DNA of 64,000 nucleotides from Tricharina praecox (Eukaryota): NCBI RefSeq assembly GCF_024521635.1, contig NW_026250422.1, positions 124,001 to 188,000 of the forward strand, read 5' to 3'. Shown piece by piece: positions 63,698 to 64,000 of this stretch (position 1 is its first letter; each line of letters starts with the position of its first letter). The notes under the pieces were generated by a model. It saw only the letters and a program-made list of their open reading frames with translations, ran no database searches and was not told where the DNA came from. The position numbers and the translations under genes were made by a program.

Positions 63698-64000
63698 ATG
63701 ACGACCGAAGCCCCCCGATTCGACATCCAGGACAACAGCTACCGCATCAAGGAGGCGCGGCGCAACCGGTACCTGACGTTCGACGACGACGCGCACGACA
63801 ACGTGGTGACGATGGAGGACGCCAAGGTGTACTGGACTGTGCAGATGCGGTCCAACAGCGGTGATGCCACCATCACGGAGAAGAACTCTGAGAACGTGCT
63901 GGACTGCGAGGGCGGCGCGGGGCCGAACGTTATCCTCTACTCCATCAACGGCAACGGCACCGATAACCAGCGCTGGGTCATCACCGAGACTGGCGATGAC
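63698..64000 (+). CDS. Ricin-B/beta-trefoil lectin-like protein, 3' partial
   Basis: Open to the window end and absent from the ORF track: MTTEAPRFDIQDNSYRIKEARRNRYLTFD..VYW..NVLDCEGG..VILY..NGTDNQRWVI. QxW motif, high GC3, no signal peptide. Confidence 0.72.
   Translation, partial: MTTEAPRFDIQDNSYRIKEARRNRYLTFDDDAHDNVVTMEDAKVYWTVQMRSNSGDATITEKNSENVLDCEGGAGPNVILYSINGNGTDNQRWVITETGDD

Noticed and set aside
1..64000. Biosynthetic gene cluster or Starship captain recombinase
   Set aside because: No PKS, NRPS, terpene synthase or tyrosine recombinase motifs recognised; core genes are functionally unrelated.

Overview
Eukaryotic DNA from a filamentous ascomycete: short GT-AG introns with CTRAC/CTAAT branch sites and fungal gene families. 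The LINE and intron style suggest a Pezizomycete (inference). There are 17 apparently intact genes: ARP8 (5' partial), TMEM135-like, ATG15, a VPS9-domain GEF, HRI1-like, CDK11, a CSC1/OSCA channel, a type-3 NLP, NDUFAF7, PIG-H, a Zn2Cys6 factor, an ABC-F ATPase, an F-box/Cys-rich protein, a polyQ protein, a divergent PAF1, a small Cys-rich membrane protein and a ricin-B lectin (3' partial). Two accessory zones stand out. At about 1.76-13 kb lie a 5'-truncated LINE with a 14-bp TSD and A-rich tail, a decayed hydrolase-NACHT-ankyrin NLR whose pre-P-loop Trp is a TAG, a spliced DUF6532-like pseudogene next to a 19-bp minisatellite, and a 1-kb segment bounded by 16-bp direct repeats. At about 26.6-29.3 kb lie a 1.6-kb TA-flanked TIR element carrying a stop-riddled cargo ORF, and an internally deleted LINE. 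Also present are two GC-AG introns, a TA-flanked 73-bp foldback and RIP-like CpA->TpA stops. All family calls come from motif recognition by eye; no database searches were run.
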